Shown: positions 60,101-64,000 of the stretch, piece by piece
Layout of the letters: every line of letters begins with the position of its first letter
How positions within the stretch are numbered: position 1 is the stretch's first letter
Assembly (NCBI GenBank): GCA_963924565.1
Contig: OZ004607.1
Location: 34,038,001-34,102,000 of the forward strand
DNA from: Ascidiella aspersa
Lineage: Eukaryota
Direction: 5' to 3'
DNA: 64,000 nucleotides
Notes under the pieces: model-generated
The model's input: the letters and a program-made list of their open reading frames with translations, nothing else
Database searches by the model: none
Told to the model about the DNA's origin: nothing
Translations under genes and position numbers: made by a program

Positions 60101-62030
60101 CTCAAGATGATTCTGCATCCTTTCGGACTTTTCTCTAATTCCTAGCATGACCACTGATCAGTAACCACCTAACAATTGTAGGAAAAGGGGCGAGGCCCAG
60201 AATAGAAGGAATTGACGACCAACCAAGACATCTTAGGACACTTAGAACCTTTGGAGGACATCTAACTCATTGAGGTTTCTATAAGATTTTAGTACAATGA
60301 TAAGAAGGAAAAAAATAGATTCATCTGCATTTCTAAAACGGCGAAATCTTCTTCTGTATAGCTTGCATGATTTGGTCGACGTCTGTGATTATAAAATGAA
60401 AATATTGGGACGATTTAAAAACACGTTTGGGTTATTAGAGATGCCTAGAGTTGTGGTTTGAGGCTTCTCAAATATTGGCAAAACCCCGCCACGCCGTTAC
60501 CTTGACGTGTATAAGCCTGTAGGTGCTCTGCCACCCAACCGCTAATTATAATTCGTCGCATGTCGAAGCTAAAAGCCATGGTGCTTCTTTGCGAAATCTA
60601 TCCTTGTCTGGGCAATGCTAATTAACCCCAAATTTTTATGACATACATATGTATAATCTTTTTATCAGGCTTCACGGCAGTGACTATCCTGAGAATGATG
60701 AAACTTGGGTTGCTTTCAAGGCGATTTATCTTGTTCCCGAGAAAACATAGTATATACATAGTCGTAATAAACATAGTACACACAGAGATGCATATATAAC
60801 CTTGATCTTGAAATATGGCGTACTTATTGGTTCATTAATTTTATTTTTGATAAAGTGATAAAAAATTGTTCACATACTTGTTTCCAACTTCTTCGGAGGA
60901 ACCAATAAAAAAACCGAAACAATTCAGAGTCTTCTAAGCAAATTTATTTTACCCCTAAATATAAAATTTGTCAGATAGCCACAAATATACGTATATTGGA
61001 ACACTATATACGGATCTGTTCATAAGTTTAATGGTGAAAATAACGGCAATTATGATGGCATGAGCATTTGCCGAAACGTTTGAACAATAAAGCATGTCAC
61101 TTTTTATGTCTATTTGGGCCGTTATTTTCACCATTAAACTTATACGTATATTATATTTCAATGTACCTAAATTAGATTTATTTATTGTAATGGAGAGTGT
61201 GTTTATTGTAAATGGTGTCCGAAATATTTTCAATATATTTATTCTGCTTTGACCTTTCAGAATAACGCTGACATTCTTAGCTTTTCATCACAATTTATTT
61301 TACCACGAAGTATAGTTATAGTTTGTCAAAAGATGCAGTTATATTCTTCCATACTTCGCGTCACATGAACTGCGTATTTAATATTTTATTGAGTTCACTT
61401 TGGGGAAAAAACAATAAAAGTGGCGAAAAAAACGGAAATTTTTATATTTATCACTATCCAATGACGCAAACCTCTGACGCAACGGAGCAGATGTCCGCTA
61501 TCTTTCATCAGGTAACTTTCGACCGTGACCGTCGGGAATCTAATGGCATTTTGGCCGGCTTTTTCGAAAGGATAAAAATTTAGCTCGCATCAATTTTTCA
61601 TTTCTCCCAGCGCCGTCGGTCAATTAGCATAAAAAAACGCGCCGCCCCCCGGTGCCCGACGATGATAGCGCCGCGCCTGATTAATTCCGCATTAATATTT
61701 CATGCGAGTTGTGATTTTTTGCGACGATAAGGTGCTGACGGGCGAGCTTTTCGCGAGATGCTTTCGGGATCGGTGGACTTGAATCGCGGTCTCTTAAGAG
61801 CAATGATGCAAGAGACAGCGCATTAAAAGCAAGGCCCGGGTTAGGGTTTGAACGGGGGCCTTCAAGAGCGGAACGGCGCGATTATACCTGCGGCCATCGA
61901 TGCCTGTTCCCTATATGCCAGAAGCTTTAAGCTGTACCTGTTTCTTTAACCTTGGATGATCCCTGTGTAAGAACCTTCATGCTGTGCCATTGATTATAAC
62001 TTTATAGATACCAAAGCAAAAACTTTAAGC

Positions 62031-62459
62031 CAGTGTTGTAAACAAGTCATTTTGAAATAACTTAAGTCCAAGTCAAGTCTTTTTGAATAAATAACAAGTC
62101 AAGTCCCAGTCAAGTCAAAATTAGAGCAAGTCAACTTCAAGTCACGTCCTTGTCGTAAAAATGAAACGTTAAACTATTGGAATTTTTAAACTCGTACGAT
62201 TATGAGCAATAACTGAACTAAAAAAATCAACATATGGCAAGCAAACTGTTTTATGTGCCAAAATTTGGATAAATAGCTCAATTTCACAAAAACACAAACA
62301 TTTACAGAGAACACTTCATTTTAACCCAAGACATTTGCCTAAAAGACTTAAGTCAAGTCAAGTCATTTGTCCGAAAGACTTAAGTCAAGTCAAGTCATTT
62401 GCAAACAGGTACATAAGTGCAGGTAAGTCAAGTCATTGACTTTAATCATTACAATACTG
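62031..62459. mobile_element. hAT-type MITE with AAGTC arrays
   Basis: TIRs CAGTGTTGTAA / TTACAATACTG; TSD CTTTAAGC/CTATAAAC; many AAGTCA repeats. Relatives at about 12090-12220, 16080-16480, 28270-28418, 30920-31045 and 52050-52321. Confidence 0.75.
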
Positions 62460-64000
62460 CTATAAACTGCCGAGTGTTTTTCGGTCGATAAAAGAGTGTT
62501 TTTCGGTCGATAAACTGTTGCTTAGAAAGTTATAGGGCTGCTATAGCGATGTGTTTTGGGGGCTTAGAACTGTTTTATAATCGATAGGTTGCTAATGACC
62601 CCTTATCTGGTTTGGCTCCTCTATGGAGCCTGTCAGTTCCGGGAGCTTTTTAAAAATTGGATTAACACCTATGTGAGGTTATAGTAGCTCATATTGTGCC
62701 CTTATCTAGATGGACCCCTTAAGGCAGTATTTCTCAATATTTTTTCGAGTTGTACGAAATTCTAAAGCATAAGTTTAACAAACATTTTTTGGGCGTTTAA
62801 ATTCACTTAACCTGTAGCTTTTGGTAACCAAAGTTAAGAAGTTAGCATTACTAAGTTAGAATTGAATGGACATGATCAATCTTCATTTTTTGAATACAAT
62901 ATATTTAAATTTTGGATAAATGTTGCTCAGAACGAATATGAATAAATGTAACCATATAATACAATTTCACTCAGCGACCCAACCAAATCAAATAGCGACC
63001 TCATGTTGGGTCGCAACCCATATCTTAACCAAAACTGCCTTTTATATGGATGATGTAATGGTTGAAACAAGTTTACACCAGATGAAAGACGTTTTATCAA
63101 TTTAAATGTTGCTCGGTAAACATAACTCGATCATTTTCATTTTAACACCGAGGTGCCTTGCCAAGCCGCTTTGTTAAAAGTTAAAAAAAAAACATTAAAA
63201 TAATCCTTTATATTCCTACGAAATATATTCCTTTTTTAAGCTTTTAATTCGAAACATAGGTTGGGTCCGTTTTTTTTATACGAAATGTTAAAAGATTTAA
63301 AATAATTAAATAAAACTTTAACAGTACTGTCCTTTACGGGCTTGGCTATGTGTTCTTTGAATTACTGTTCATTACGCTGAAACGTTATGTTTTCTGACAT
63401 CACATTGACTACTTAGGTGTAGGTTTTGCTATTTTTTCCACGAATTACGCACCTTGCCTAATTACTAGTAGCCCTAATGCGACCGACAAAGCGTGACGTA
63501 GTCAGCCTCGGGTACCACGTGATAGGAGAAAGGCGGTCGCGCATGAGTGATCACCGAGGTATCGACATTAAGGCAGCTCGGTGCGTCTCTTTTACCGTCG
63601 GTGATTACTATCTGATCACGACATGCCGTGGTCGCCTTTGCGCCAATCCTGACTGGCCTTGGGCTGCTTTCTTAGGTTTTGCGCCGCTGCCGAGCGCCAG
63701 GTTTTGACTGGAAGCTGCTGGATGTTTCTTAGCTTGACAACAACGCGCGTTTTTTTGCAGTTTTGAAACTGTGTTTGAGGAGGAAATTAGATAGGTGTCG
63801 CGGTAAAGGGGGATTTACTAAGCTGGCGGTTTTAAGTAATTAACGTGCCTTAAAAAGGGTCGGAATTTAAAATTAGGACGGATGTGTTTTAAACTACCCG
63901 ACCACAAAGCTAGCAAGCAGTCGATTTTACGAGTTCAGTATTTTCTCGCTTTCTTCTTGCCCAATGTTCTTGACCGCAAAGTAGACGCTGACTTAGCGAG

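Noticed and set aside
61830-61905. tRNA-like A/B boxes on the minus strand
   Set aside because: No cloverleaf; at best a decayed SINE head.

Overview
AT-rich, intron-containing animal genomic DNA. It is most likely an ascidian/tunicate (inferred from operon-like gene packing, intron positions shared with human FAH and mosaic CpG content; not proven). The left part holds FAH (minus strand, 11 exons, 3' end off-window) head-to-head with a tightly packed plus-strand trio: MRPS25 (intronless), ZNHIT2 (intronless) and DDX24 (13 exons, 713 aa). The trio looks like an SL-trans-spliced operon. The middle part (22.9-46.6 kb, minus strand) holds a large multi-exon type I membrane protein that the ORF track barely shows. 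It has about 7 Ig domains built from a tandemly duplicated IL-1-receptor-like D1-D2-D3 module, a TM helix and a 36-aa tail with no TIR domain. A perfect NF-kB site sits next to its putative TATA box, and two identical tRNA-Sec(UCA) genes with duplicated upstream promoters lie in its introns. Introns and intergenic DNA are dense with hAT-type MITEs (8-bp TSDs), one 1.7-kb hAT element with transposase remnants, and two degenerate Penelope-type hammerhead motifs. The last ~17 kb has no credible coding sequence, only CpG-rich islands and repeats.
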